From assembly GCF_963921235.1 (NCBI RefSeq), contig NC_086108.1:74960001-75024000 (forward strand): DNA of 64,000 nucleotides. Reading direction: 5' to 3'. Numbering within the stretch: position 1 is the first letter of the stretch; every line of letters starts with the position of its first letter. The DNA comes from Mobula hypostoma. Lineage: Eukaryota. The notes under the pieces are model-generated. The model did not search any database. It saw only the letters and a program-made list of their open reading frames with translations, and was not told the origin of the DNA. Shown here one piece after another: positions 38,890 to 51,391 of the stretch. Both the position numbers and the translations under genes were made by a program.

Positions 38890-39270
38890 TACATCATCAT
38901 CATTATGTGTGGTGTTGCATGACATGGACGATCATGGTCATGCACATGATTGTTCTTGGCAGATTTTTCTACAGAAGCGGTTTGCCGTTGCTTTCTTCTG
39001 GGCAGTGTGTTTACAAGATGGGTGACCCCAGCCATGATCAATAATCTTCAGAGTTTGACTGTCTGGTGTTGGTGATGGCACAACCAGGATTTGTGACATG
39101 CACCAGCTGCTCATAAGTCCATGCACCATCTGTTCCCAGGGCTTCACATGACTCTGAATAGGGGACTAAGCAGATGCTACACCTTGCCCAAGGGTGACCT
39201 GCAGGCTAGCAGAGGGAAGGAGAGCCTTGCACCTGCTTTGGAAGAGACGAAGCTCTACCACGCCTCCCAT
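38890..39270 (-). mobile_element. SINE-like element with (ATG)n tail
   Basis: (CAT)n run at the left end followed by a GC-richer body in AT-rich DNA; family not identified. Confidence 0.45.
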
Positions 39271-40668
39271 ACAACAAAGGAAGCCATTCACTTTAACTGT
39301 CTCTGTGTGGTATTTTTGATGATAACCAAAAACTCTTCCTTAACCACAAATGATTTGTTTTCTGTCAAAAGAAGCAATGGATTTTACATTCTGGTGAAGT
39401 ACTTCATCTCCTGGAAACTGCTGCTTAACAATATTTCTCCTAAGTTTATTCTTCATTTCCGCTGACAAATATAAACTGAAGTCTGTGAATCCACCCTAAC
39501 TAGCCTTCATGCTTAGTGAGTTTAAATCCTCCATTAAGCCTTTGTCTGCTGGATAGTGGAAGAGAATGAAGGAATCACTCTCTTGCACGTTATAAAATCA
39601 CTGATTTTGAGGATTTGCAAAGCACTACTAACTAGAATCATCTCCCAAGAGCGAAAGTACTTAATTACTCCATATGGTCAGTGAATTAAATTACCAAATT
39701 AAGTGCAGCAGACTATATCATGCAGAAAGAGTGAATGAAACTTGGCTCCATATTCCCTTAGGTTAGGGACGCCAGATGATTCTATTGACTATCTTTAGAA
39801 GAATTTGAAAAACATAGACAATGAAGATTCTAAACCCATGGAAACAATGTATGGGAGTCTGTTCCCAGCTGTCCTGTAAATGGTATTAGTGTTAATAATA
39901 AACATGAGAAACAGAAACAGGAGTTGGCCAGCAAGCCTCGAGACATGTCATCATTCAGTGAGGTTATAGCCAATCTGTTATCTCACCACCACTTCTCTTC
40001 ATTAATGGCTTAGTCATTAGATCCATTAATATCCAAAGATCTGTTCATCATAAATCTATGTTGACTCTTCCTAATCATGTAATTATGTTCTTTGTTTCCT
40101 GTCACCACTTTCATAGTAATAGATTCCAGCATTTTCTTTGCTACTAATATCAGGATTCCTGGGTATTAGTTCCTTGTTTTTATCTTTTCTTAAATAAATT
40201 GATATTTACTACCTTCCAATCCATAATGATTTATGGTCATAAAGAGAGAAAGAATTTCCTACAAAATGCAGCACCAACAATTGATAAGTACCACCTGGAA
40301 AATTGTTAGCATATCATATACAGGACTGAGATTCTCCAATCAGAAAGTGCTTGTCTTCAATTTGGAAAATGATGGTTGAAGACAGGTAATATTACCATCG
40401 ACAACAGTGTCCCTCCCCCTAACACACACAGCACGACCCCAGATTTTATCTGTCAAGATCGACCAACTCTCTATCAACTCTAGACTGAAGCAGCCAGAGT
40501 TCTTCTTTATGTTAGAAAGGTGGAGTTCCAGAAGTCTGTAATGCAAATCAGAAATTCAAGCCATGTTCTGCCTACTATTCTCTGACTTCCTTTACATAGG
40601 CTATCTAAAACAAATTGGCAAGGAAAGCTTGGGGGTAAAATTCAGAGAATGTACAGAAGGACCTAATG

Positions 40669-40890
40669 CTTTCCCGGCGTAAATGACGAATAAACTCTTC
40701 CCGCGCTTCCAGTCGGATACAGGTATTGATTATGACCGACGTTTTGATGACAAACTCGGCCATCCTCATCACCGATGATGCCTGGGCACATCTAGTCTGT
40801 TGGTGTTTATACCCTCAGAAACTGTCCCTCTTGATTGGTTCATCCTCATCCAATCAGGTTTTCACTCTCCCTTCCTGTTTACAGTTGAGA
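40669..40890 (-). mobile_element. Penelope-like 3' end of a second family with decayed hammerhead
   Basis: Minus strand 40735-40775: GTGATGA-G-GATGGC-CGAGTTT-GTCATC-AAAAC-GTC. Confidence 0.55.
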
Positions 40891-41997
40891 AATACATTGA
40901 GGAATCAGATGGCCCAACGGGACTGGATTAATTAATGACCTCACAGTAAATGATCCCCTTGGTAAGAATGACCAAAGCATGGTTGAATTTCAAATGCAGT
41001 TTGAGTGTGCGACTGCACATGGAGTACAGTGAACAATTCTGGCTTCACTATTTGATGATGCTTGATTGAAGGCAGTAGAGAGAAGATTCACAAGGTTGAG
41101 TCCTGGGATGAAAGAATTAACGTATAATGAAAGGCTGAATAGGTTGGTTCTATCATCATTGGAATTTAGAAATTTAAGGGATGATCTGTTTGATACATGT
41201 AAGATTCTTGGAGAGAATGACAGGGTGAACAGTTAATGGATGATTTTCCAGTGAGGTTATTTAGAACCAGGAATGTTGTTTTAGGTTGCCCATTAAATTT
41301 GGAGGTAAAAAGGAATTCCTTCCCTCAGGAAATTGTGGATCTTTGAAATTTGTTTTCCTAGAGAACTACAGAGGCAGTGTCATTCAACATATTCAAGGTG
41401 GAAATGGTAGAGATTTAAACTGTGAGGGAGTTTGGAGAGAGAGCTGGAAAGTGATGTTGTCCAAAGTTGGACCAGCCACAATTTTATTCAGCATCAATTC
41501 ATCTGCACCTGCTCCAGTTCCTTATGTTCAAAAGTAGGTTTTCACAGAGCGCCATACTATACAGTAATATAATAAAAGTGAAGCAGCCTTACATACTTCA
41601 ACATGCATTTTATAGAAATATTTCAATTCTCTCTTAGGTAGATTCAAATTTCTCCTGAGGAGTGGCTGACCACTTCCTTATATCTTCTCCAATTAGCTAT
41701 TCTTCTGGCATGAGATTAGGCGCTTCATGTCAAAAACCTATTCTTGAATGAGACATATTGAAATCCAATCTGATTCGGTCTAAATATCCAAATGTGTGTG
41801 ACTGTTTTGAAAAGATAGTCACTGGCTATAGATTAACAGTGATTGTGCCTTTAGCCAAGCAATATCGAGTCCAGTTATAAATGTTTATGTCAATACAGTG
41901 TCCAACACGAAAATGCCACTTCAAAGAAAGTATGGCAGTGCCTCTATTTTCCTTGAAATTTGCACAGAATCGGCATGTCATCTAGGACCCTGACTGT

Positions 41998-42292
41998 TGG
42001 CATGTGGCCAAGTGGTTAAGGTGTCGGTCTAGTGATCTGAAGGTCGCGAGTTCGAGCCTCAACTGAGGCAGTGTGTTGTGTTCTTAACCACACATTGCTC
42101 TGCGATGACTCCGGTGCCAAGCTGTATCGGCCCTAGTGCCCTTCCCTTGGACAACATCAGTGGCGTGGAGAGGGGAGACTTGCAGCATGGACAACTGCCA
42201 GTCTTCCATACAACCTTGTCCAGGCCTGCGCTCTGGAAACCTTCCAAGGCGCAAATCCATGGTCTCACGAGACTAATGGATGCCTATTATTT
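41998..42292 (+). mobile_element. tRNA-derived SINE
   Basis: Box A TGGCCAAGTGG (42005-42015) and box B AGTTCGAGCC (42049-42058), a non-tRNA body and a (TAT)n-like tail. Confidence 0.75.
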
Positions 42293-42294
42293 AT

Positions 42295-42850
42295 ATTCTG
42301 TAGATGAACAGTAGAGAGTATCAAGACTGGGTGCGTCACAGCTTGGTATGGAAACACCAGTTCCCAAGAATGGAAATGCCAACAAAAAGTGGTGGATACA
42401 GCCCAGTTTATTATAGGAAAAGTCCTCCCAACCATTGAGCACATCTACAAAGGGCAGTGCCACAAGAAAGCAGCATCCATCATCAAGGACTCCCAACATC
42501 CAGGGCATGCTCACTTCTTACTGCTACCATCAGGAAGGAGGTCCCATACCAACAGGTTCAGGAACAATTAATATCCTTTAACCATCAGGCCCCTGAACCA
42601 GTTTGGAAATCTTCTCTCACCACAACGCTGAACTGATCATTGAACACAACCTATAGATTCACTTTCAAATGCTACAACCCAAATAGTCAGTATTTATTGA
42701 TTGATTGATTGATTGTATCTGCACAGTTTATCTTCTTTTACACATTGGTTTGCTTGTCAGACTTTGGGTGTTGTTTTTTCATTGAATCTTCTTTGTTCTA
42801 CTGTGAATGCCTGCAAAGAAATTAATCTCAGGGTAGTACTTGGTGACATA
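42295..42850 (+). mobile_element. Rex1/Babar 3' fragment
   Basis: VDTAQFIIGKVLPTIEHIYK..KAASIIKDSQHPGHAHFLLLPSGRR. Confidence 0.8.
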
Positions 42851-44649
42851 TATAGTACTGTGGAAACGTCTTAGGCACACACTGTATGTATAGCTAGGGT
42901 GTCTGAGACTTTTGCACAGTACCGCATTTGTCAATGTGGAGCGTAGTTTGTAAATCTGGCGGGAGCAACGGATATTGGGAATGGTGAGGATGAAATGCCA
43001 CGGAAGGGATGGCAGAGGAGTGCCAGGAGCAGAGGGTGGCATGAAAACTGACACACGCAGCCCTGAGACACCAAACAAGGTAATTTGATTCCAGACAATT
43101 GATTTATTGCTCATTACATCTCTGGAGCTTCCCGCTCCATCCCCTCTCCCTTCCCCTTTTCTCAAACATAATTCCCCTCTTTCTGTCCCCTTCCCACACT
43201 CAGTCCACAATAGAGACACATATCAGAATCAGGTTTGTTATCATTCACGTATATCATGAAATTTTGCATCATGAAAATTTGTGGCAGCAGTACAGTTTAA
43301 TACTTAAAATTACTGCAGTATTGTGCAAAAGTCTTATGCCAATTCAGTGTTTAGCAGGGATTTGTCTAGGGTGCATCTGTAGGTGCCATAACATTTCACA
43401 GAATTCTGAAATGACAATCTTTATGTGTTCTGCTAGAACAGAATATCAATCAACACAAAACAAAACAGAAAACACCCGTGTCCCTCATTGTTTTTAGGAA
43501 TACTGTAAATTTGGATATGTTTTAAACAACTGCTTTTCACCAATGATAAGGGTAAAGAATTATCACACATAACAGAATGGGCAATTAGCTGAAGTGAAGG
43601 CGCACTCTGAAGTTTTTATTATGATTGTGTAACTTTAACAATAGACTGAAAGGAATTAGTGAAGGAAGAATAGAATTGAAAACCCCATCCAATCTTTTGG
43701 ATTTTGAGTTTGCTCCAGGGAGAAGTTAAGACAAAGAAAGGCAGCTGAAACTCTTTATATATGAAATAATTTTTCTCAGAGTTTCTGGAATGAAATACTA
43801 CAACCAGTATTAAAGGAAAGCTATAAAGGCTGTTCACATTACATATAAATTACCAACAGTGGTTTTACCCCAGGATATCAGGAAATAAATTTACAATGAG
43901 TCCGTTTACCAGGAAAGTCAGTAAAAAGTCAATGAGATTCATTGACATTTGGTCCTGATAGGAAAACTTGGTAAGAATAAATTATTTTGTTAAAAGAGGT
44001 GCAGTATTGGACATCTGGGGTTTCACTGACCATTGATGGAAGATATTCAACTTCAACAGTGACAAAATAAAAGCATAAGAAAGTTCAAGACTTTGGGAGA
44101 ACCATTTGATTCAAGAAATTGGTTGCCTTTGATTGATCACATCTGGGGATATCTGTATCAGATCATTCCTAGCAGTAGGTTTTAAGGCTGTATGAGACAG
44201 GAAAATAGCATGGGCATTCACTTATCCATCTGGCAGAGAATATTCTTTGCAAAACCTCCATTACGCAATTCAAACTGAAGCAAATGAATTCTGTAATTTT
44301 GCACTCTGCGTTGGATTGCTGCTGCAAGCTGAATTTTGTCCTTTTCCATGTGCATTCTAAGTAAGACAGATTCTGATAATTCAGGAATTGCTGCAATTAA
44401 AGTGGTATTTTTGTCAGTTCTTGTTTTTTTTTGAGTTTTTTAAGAAGTAGCTGGAAAAGATAAATTCAATTATTCAAATAAGGTACATTAGTACCAGATG
44501 TGTTTCTGTCCTAAACCACTAAATTATGCACATAATGCAAGTGCATAGCAGGTCTTTTCCAGCCTCAGCTCATGCTCTTGGGATGGCTCTGAACACATCT
44601 GACTTCAGGAGTTCCGTATTTATATAAAGAAACAAATATGGTTCATTGG

Positions 44650-46235
44650 TACACGTGAGAATTTCTGTAGATGCTGAAGTTCTAAAGCAACACACACAAA
44701 ATGCCAGACAAATGCAACAGATCAGGCAGCATTTATGGAAACGAACAAACAGCCTTAATTTCGGCTGAGACCCTTCTTCAGGGTTGCAAAGGAAGGGGGG
44801 AAACGCCAGAATAAAAAGGTGAGGGGAGGGGAAGGAGGCTAGCTGGAAGGTGATAGGTGAAGCCAAGTGGGTGGGAAAGGTAAAAGGATGAGAAGAAGGA
44901 ATCTGATATGAAAGGAGAATGGTCTGTAGGAGAAATGGAATGAGGAGGGGACCCAGGAGGAAGTGATAAACAGCTGAGACCATAAGACCATAAGATCATA
45001 AGACATAGGAACAGAAGTAGGCCATTTGGGCCATTGAGTGTTCCGCCATTCAATCATGGGCTGATCCAATTCTTCCAGTCATCCCCACTCCCTACCTTCT
45101 CCCCATACCCTTTGATGCCCTGGCTAATCAAGAACCTATCTATCTCTGCCTTAAATGCACCCAATGACTTGGCCTTCACAGCTGCTCGTGGCAACATATT
45201 CCACAGATATACCACCCTTTGATTAAAGTAATTTCTCTGCACCTCTGCTCTAAATGAATGTCCTTCAATCCTGAAGTCGTGTCCTCTTGTGATAGACTCC
45301 CCTACCATGGGAAATAACTTTGCCATATCTAATCTGTTCAGGCCTTTTAACATTCAGAATGTTTCTATGAGATCCCCCCTCCTTCTCCTGAACTCCAGGG
45401 AACACAGCCCAAGAGCTTCCAGACGTTCCTCATACAGTAACCCTTTCATTTCTGGAATCATTCTCGTGAATCTTCTCTGAACCCTCTCCAATGTCAGTAT
45501 ATCCTTTCTAAAATAATGAGCCCAAAATTGCACACAATACACCAAGTGATATCTCACGTGTACCTTATCGAACCTCAACATCACATCCGTACTCTTATAT
45601 TCTATACCTCTAGAAATGAATGCCAACATTGCATTCACCTTCTTCACCACCGACTCAGCATGGAGTTTAACCTTTAGGGTATCCTGTACAAGGACTCCCA
45701 AGTCCCTTTGCATCTCTGCAGTTTGAATTCTCTCCCCATCTGTATAATAGTCTGCTTGTTTATTTCTTCCACCAAAGTGCATGACCATACACTTTCTAAC
45801 ATTGTATTTCATTTTCCACTTCTTTGCCCATTCCCCTAAACTATCTAAGTCTCTCTGCAGGCTCTCTGTTTCCTCAACTACCACCCGCTCCTCCACCTAT
45901 CTTTGTATCTTTGGCAAATTTAGCCACAAATCCAGACGAGGAAGAGGGAGGGAAAAAATTACTTCACTAGAAGGAGAAATCAATATTCATGCCATCTGGC
46001 ATTAGCCATGGCTACCCAGGCAGAATATAAGGTGTTGCCTCTCCACCATAAGTGTGGGCTCATCTTGGCACAAAAGGATGCTATAGACTGATACTGTATG
46101 TCGGAACAGAAATAGGAATTGGAATTAAAATGATTGGCCACCAGGAAGTTCCGCATTTGGCGGATGGAGCGAAGGTAATCACAATGAGTCTCACCATTAT
46201 AGAGGAGGCTGCAGCAGGCACCAAAGGTAACTAAT
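44650..46235 (-). mobile_element. Old Penelope-like element (44650-44977 and 45931-46235) with nested CR1 3' fragment (44978-45930)
   Basis: Penelope pseudo-LTR with a hammerhead remnant near 44760-44785; CR1 RT C-terminus LQRDLDSLGEWAKKWKMKYN...LERVQRRFTRMIP. Confidence 0.75.
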
Positions 46236-46529
46236 GGGCAACACCATCCATAGGTAAGAGCAGGTATTAATAGTGAAAATGACAATATGTAGCATTAGTC
46301 TATCAGCAGTTCACTGATGCTTCCTTCGTGATAGTAACCAATTTAAGAAGTTCTCCCATTAAACAATTAATAACAAATCAGAGAATAAAAGATCACTCAA
46401 ATTTCTCTATTTTGCTGTATAATTCAAGAAACAGCTACATTTAATCATTTTAGGCAGTCCCTTCTGTCAATTTCACATTAGCTTCATCTGTGACCTCAGA
46501 ATGCATAGAACAAGAGTGGAAGTGGGTCA

Positions 46530-46890
46530 TCTTTGACCAAAGGCTGTGCAAGCACTCTTGAAATAATAGTGAGTTTCTGCATTCATATTTGCTGTTGTTG
46601 AGTGATGGTGGCTGAGATATGGGAAGTAGTTTAAGTTTTCCAGTGTCCTGTTCTAAGTCCTCATCATTGGGGATGATCCTCGAGGTAAAGGATCTTTACC
46701 ATGCATTCTCTTGAAAGAGAATGAGTTGGTATAACTTGATTCTCTGCCGCTAAATGTGTGGACACATGCTTGAAGGGCAAGTTTGGAATGACCTTGTTAT
46801 GGCGACTGGACAACAGAGGTCATACACTCTGCATTTCTCCAGTGGGTTAATTCAACTTCAGTGGAAACTGGCTGGAGTTTAGGACTGCAG
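46530..46890 (-). mobile_element. RTE-clade LINE fossil
   Basis: Minus strand reads LENLNYFPYLSHHHSTTANMNAETHYYFKSACTAFGQ, resembling the RTE RT C-terminal LExVxxFxYLGS...ASxAFGxL. Confidence 0.55.
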
Positions 46891-47099
46891 AGAAAAGGAC
46901 TGAGAGTAATGCTGATATGATTGATACAGATGTTTGCTTGATACAGTTCTGAATGGATGTTCAGTTTGTTTTGAACTCATTGTTTAAGGTTATGGCCTCA
47001 ATGCCATCTTGATAAAATAGAAACAAACTTCTAAGTGCAGCTAAATTTGAGAAGGATGCTCCACGATCCGTCTTTGTGAATTAAAAACTCTTTGACCAG

Positions 47100-50000
47100 T
47101 GTTTGTGGTTGCTGCAGCATCTCTCTTGACATTGCTGGGTGATGAAGACGAGACTCATCAGAGCACAGCAGTAGCAGCCAATTTAGTGGCACTTTGGCTG
47201 ACCGAGGCTCAGAAGGGAAGAGTAGCATCAGGCACAGCAACAGTGATAGGGGACTCAGTAGTTAGCAGACAGACAGGATATTCTTTGGCTGGCAAAGAGT
47301 TGCTGGGATGTTTTATTGCTTCCTGGATGCCAGAGTTCAACTTGTCTCAGAGTAGCTGAGAAACGTTCTCAAGAAGGAGGTTGAACAGCCAAAGGTTGTG
47401 GTGCACATTGGCACCAATGACATAGGTGGATAGGGACAAGAGTTCCTGCACATTGAGAATAGAAAAGAAGATACACAGGAAAGCAGGACTTCCAAGGAAA
47501 CAATCTCTGAATTATTCCCAGTTCCATGTGCTAGTCAGGGCAGGAATAGAAAGGTAGAACTGGTGGATGTTTGGTTGAGGAACTGGTGAAAGGGGATAGC
47601 TTTCAGGTTATTGGATCACTGGAATATTTCCTGAGACAGGGTTGCCTTGTAAAGAGGCATCAGTTGCACTTTAACTGAAGGGGGTCCAACATCCTGTTCG
47701 GGAGAATTGCCAGTGTAACTCAGGACGGTGAGTTTGGCAGGGAAATTGAAGCAAGAGCACTAGGTCAAAAAGTGGAGGTGTTGAGAAGAAGGCAGTTGAC
47801 ATGACTGGTGAGAAAAGACAGAAACAAGATAATAGACACAAATAGTGTGTTTATTTTAAAGTTAGAAGTATTATGGGTAAGTGTGCAGAATTTAGAATAT
47901 GGATTGGTATATAGAACGAGGTTGTAGTCATAACAGAGACATTGGTGAGAGAGGGAGAGGAATGAATTTTAATGTTCCAGTGTTTTCATGTGTTAAACAG
48001 ATAGAGGAGGATGTAAGGGGTGGGGTTAGGTGTGGGTGTGTGTGTTAAATAGTAATTGCAAAGAGTACAATAGAACCAGTAGGAAAGAAGGACATGGATG
48101 ACAAGGTAAGGGAACCTTGGATGTCGAGGGAGGTAGTGAATTTAGTAGATTAGAGAGGTGAATATCAGATTTAGGGAGCTAAAATCAAAAGAAGCCCTTG
48201 AAGATTATAAAGAAGCCAGAAAAAAACTCAGGAAGGGAATGGGGAAAGTTGGGGTGCATGAAAAGTCATTGGCAAGTAGATTTAATGAGAATCCCAGGGC
48301 ATTTGGTACATACATCAAGATCAATAGCTTAAGTAGGGAGTGGTTAGGACCACTCGAGGATAAAAGTTGGAACATGTGCTTGAAAGCAGAGGATGTGGTT
48401 GAAGTCCTAAATGAGTACTTTGCCTCAGTATTTGCCCAGGAGAAGGACATAGAAGATAGGAAGATCCTATGTTACTCTTCCTCTGTTGAAATGCCACTGA
48501 ATTGGCTGCTACTGCTGTGCCTTGATAGGTCTCATCTTCATCATTGAGCAATGTCAAAAGAGATGCTGCAGCAACTGCAAGATCCTTGTGTAGCATACTA
48601 ATATGCTGAAGCATTTCAATCAAAGGAGGTAGAGTTGGGTCTCTGGAAGAACAGTAAAGTAAATAAGTCCTCATAACCTGAGGAAATATTAGGGCCTGAT
48701 GAAATATTCACCAAGTTATTGAAAGAGGCAATAGTTGAATTTTCTTGGGCCTTGCCAATGTATTCACGGCCTCTCTAGCTACAGGTGAGTAAGAAAGTTG
48801 TTCCATTATTCAAGAAGATATATAAGGATCATCCTGGAAACAATAGATTGGTGAGACTTAAGTCAGTGGCAGGGAAGATATTGGAGATAAGTCTCAGGGG
48901 AAGGACTTATGAGCAATTGGAAAATCATGGCATAATTAGAGATGGTCAGCATGTGTGGGGCAAGTCTTTTCCAACAATTTTGATTGAGTTTTTTTGAAGA
49001 GGTTACAAAGGTGATTTTTTTTTAAGATTATGAGAACACTCTTTTATTGCCATTTAGAAATGCATACATGCATTAAGAAATGATACAATGTTTCTCCGGA
49101 GTGATATCACAGAAAACAAGACAGACCAAAAACTAACACTGACAAAACCACATAATTATAGCATATAGTTACAGCAGTGCAAAGCAATACCATGATTTGA
49201 TAAAGAACAGACCATAGGCACAGTAAAAAAAAAGTTCTCAGAGTCCCGAGTCGATCGACTCCTGAGTCCCTGATAGCAGGTGGCAAAAGGGAGAAACTCC
49301 CTGCCATAAACCTCCAGGAACCGTCAACTTGCCAATACCTTGGAAACAGCTGACCCCAGCCGACCCTGAGTCCATCCATCCGAAAAGTCCGAGCTTCCGA
49401 CCAGCCTCTCTGATACAGTCTCCCGAGCGCCATCCTCTGCCGAGCGCCTTCGACCTCTCCCCGGCCTCTGAAACATGCAAAGCCGAGGATTTCGGAGCCT
49501 TCAGCTCTGGAGATTCCGGTTATCACACAGAAGCAGCAGTAGCAAAGCAGTCATTTCAGAAGTTTTCCAGATGTTCCGCTGTGCTCTCACGTCTGTCTCC
49601 ATCAAATCAGGATTGTGCACGGTCCCCTACTTGACAAATAACAGATATTCATCACGGAAGTGGCCGCACGTGCTGTTGTTGCGCCGTCATCTTCTCCCCC
49701 CTCCCAGGAGGCGATTGATGAAGATAGAGCTGTGGATATTGTCTACATGGATTTTAGAAAGGCATTTGACAAGGCATTTAGAAAGGCTCATCCAGAAAAT
49801 TAAAATACATGGGATTCAAGGAGAATTGAGCTTTCAGATTCAGAATTGGCTTGCCCATAGAAAACAAGAGAACATGGAAGAGGGTACATGGTCAGTGAAA
49901 ATCCTCCTTGCCTCTGAGGGAGGTTGAACAGCCAAAGGTTAGGGTGCACATTGGCACCAACCAATGACATAGGTGGATAAGGAGAAGAGTTCTTACTCAT

Positions 50001-51391
50001 TGAATATAGAGAATTAGGAAAGAGACAGAAAAGTAGGACTTCCAAGGACTGGAGGTTTCTAACTAGTGGTGTTCCACAGGAATCCATACTGGAACTTCTG
50101 CTGTTGGTGTTATATATAAATGCCTGGATTATACCGTAGATAGGTGAGTTAATGATTTTGCAGATAGTAGGAAGATGGTGGTGTTCTGGATAGCATAGAA
50201 CATTGCCAATCAAAACAGCACGGTGTAGATCAGTTGCAGATATAAACAGAAAAATAACAGATGGAGTTTAACCCAGTGAAATCAGAAGTTTGGGAGATCA
50301 AATGTAAAGGACTAGTACAGCATTGATGTGCAAAAGGACTTTGGGGTCCAAGTCCATAGCTTCCTAAGAATGGCTACACAGGGTTGATAGGATGGCAAAG
50401 AAGACACATACACACAGGAAATATACTGGCATGGATAGAGGAATAGCTGACAGGCAGGAAGCTGCAAGTGGGAATAAAGGGGCCTTTTCTGGTTGGCTCA
50501 CAGTGACTAGTGGTGTTTCTCAGGGGTCAGTATTGGGATTATTACTTTTCACATTGTTTGTCAGTGATTTGGATAATGGAATTGATGGCTTTGTGGCAAA
50601 GTTGCAGATGATATGAAGATAGGTGGATTGGTAGGTAGTGCTGAGGAAACAACGCAATTGCTGTAGGACTTAGATAAATTGGAAGAATGAACAAAAAAAG
50701 TGGCAGATGGAACACAGTTTTGGGAAATGTGTGATTATGCATTTTAAAGGGAACAATAGTGTGCACTATTATCTAAATGGGGAGAAAATTCAAACATCAG
50801 AAGAGCCGAGGGACTTACGAGTCCTTGTGCAAGACTCCCAGAAGGTTAATTTACAGGTTGAGTCTGTGTTAAAGAAGGCAAATGTTGGCATTTATTTCAA
50901 GGGGAATAGAATAGAAAAGCAAGGAGATAATGCTAAGGCATTATAGGACACTAGTCAAGCTGCACTAAGAGTATTGTCAACAGTTTTGGGTCCCATAAAT
51001 CAGAAAGGATGTGTTGTCTTGGAGAGTGTACAGAGGGTGTTCACGAGGATGATTCTAGGAATAAAGGAGTTAACATATGAGGAGTGTTTGGCAACTTTGG
51101 GCCTGTACTCACTGGAATTAAGAAGAATGCATGGGGATCTCATTGAAACCTACTGAACGTTGAAAATACTAGATAATATGAAGGTGGAGAGAATATTTCC
51201 TATGATGGGTGTAACCAGAACTGGAGGGCACAGCCTCAAAATTGAGGGGTGACCTTTAGAAAACAGGTAAGGAGGATTTTTTTAGCCAGAGAGTAGTGAA
51301 TCTGTGGAATGCTGTGTTGCAGATTGCAGAAGTTGATAGTTTTCTGATTAGTCAGGACATCAAAGAATGTGGCAAGGAGGTAGGTGTATGT
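47100..51391 (+). mobile_element. Degenerate CR1-clade LINE sequences (ORF1 esterase through RT and 3' end) with internal rearrangements
   Basis: VIGDSVV, HIGTND, VEVLNEYFASVF, GNNRLVRLKSVAGKILE and GVSQGSVLGLLLF motifs. Confidence 0.8.
49017..49708 (-). mobile_element. Non-autonomous retroelement, copy 2
   Basis: Similar to 22485-23137 over its whole length; TSD AGGTGATT/AGGCGATT (49009-49016, 49709-49716). Confidence 0.85.

Noticed and set aside
42000..42070. Possible tRNA gene
   Set aside because: No clean acceptor stem or T-run terminator; continues into a SINE body.
46800..46884. Strong minus-strand acceptor (ccttttctctgcag) with a short ORF
   Set aside because: The downstream sequence fits an RTE LINE fossil better than an exon.
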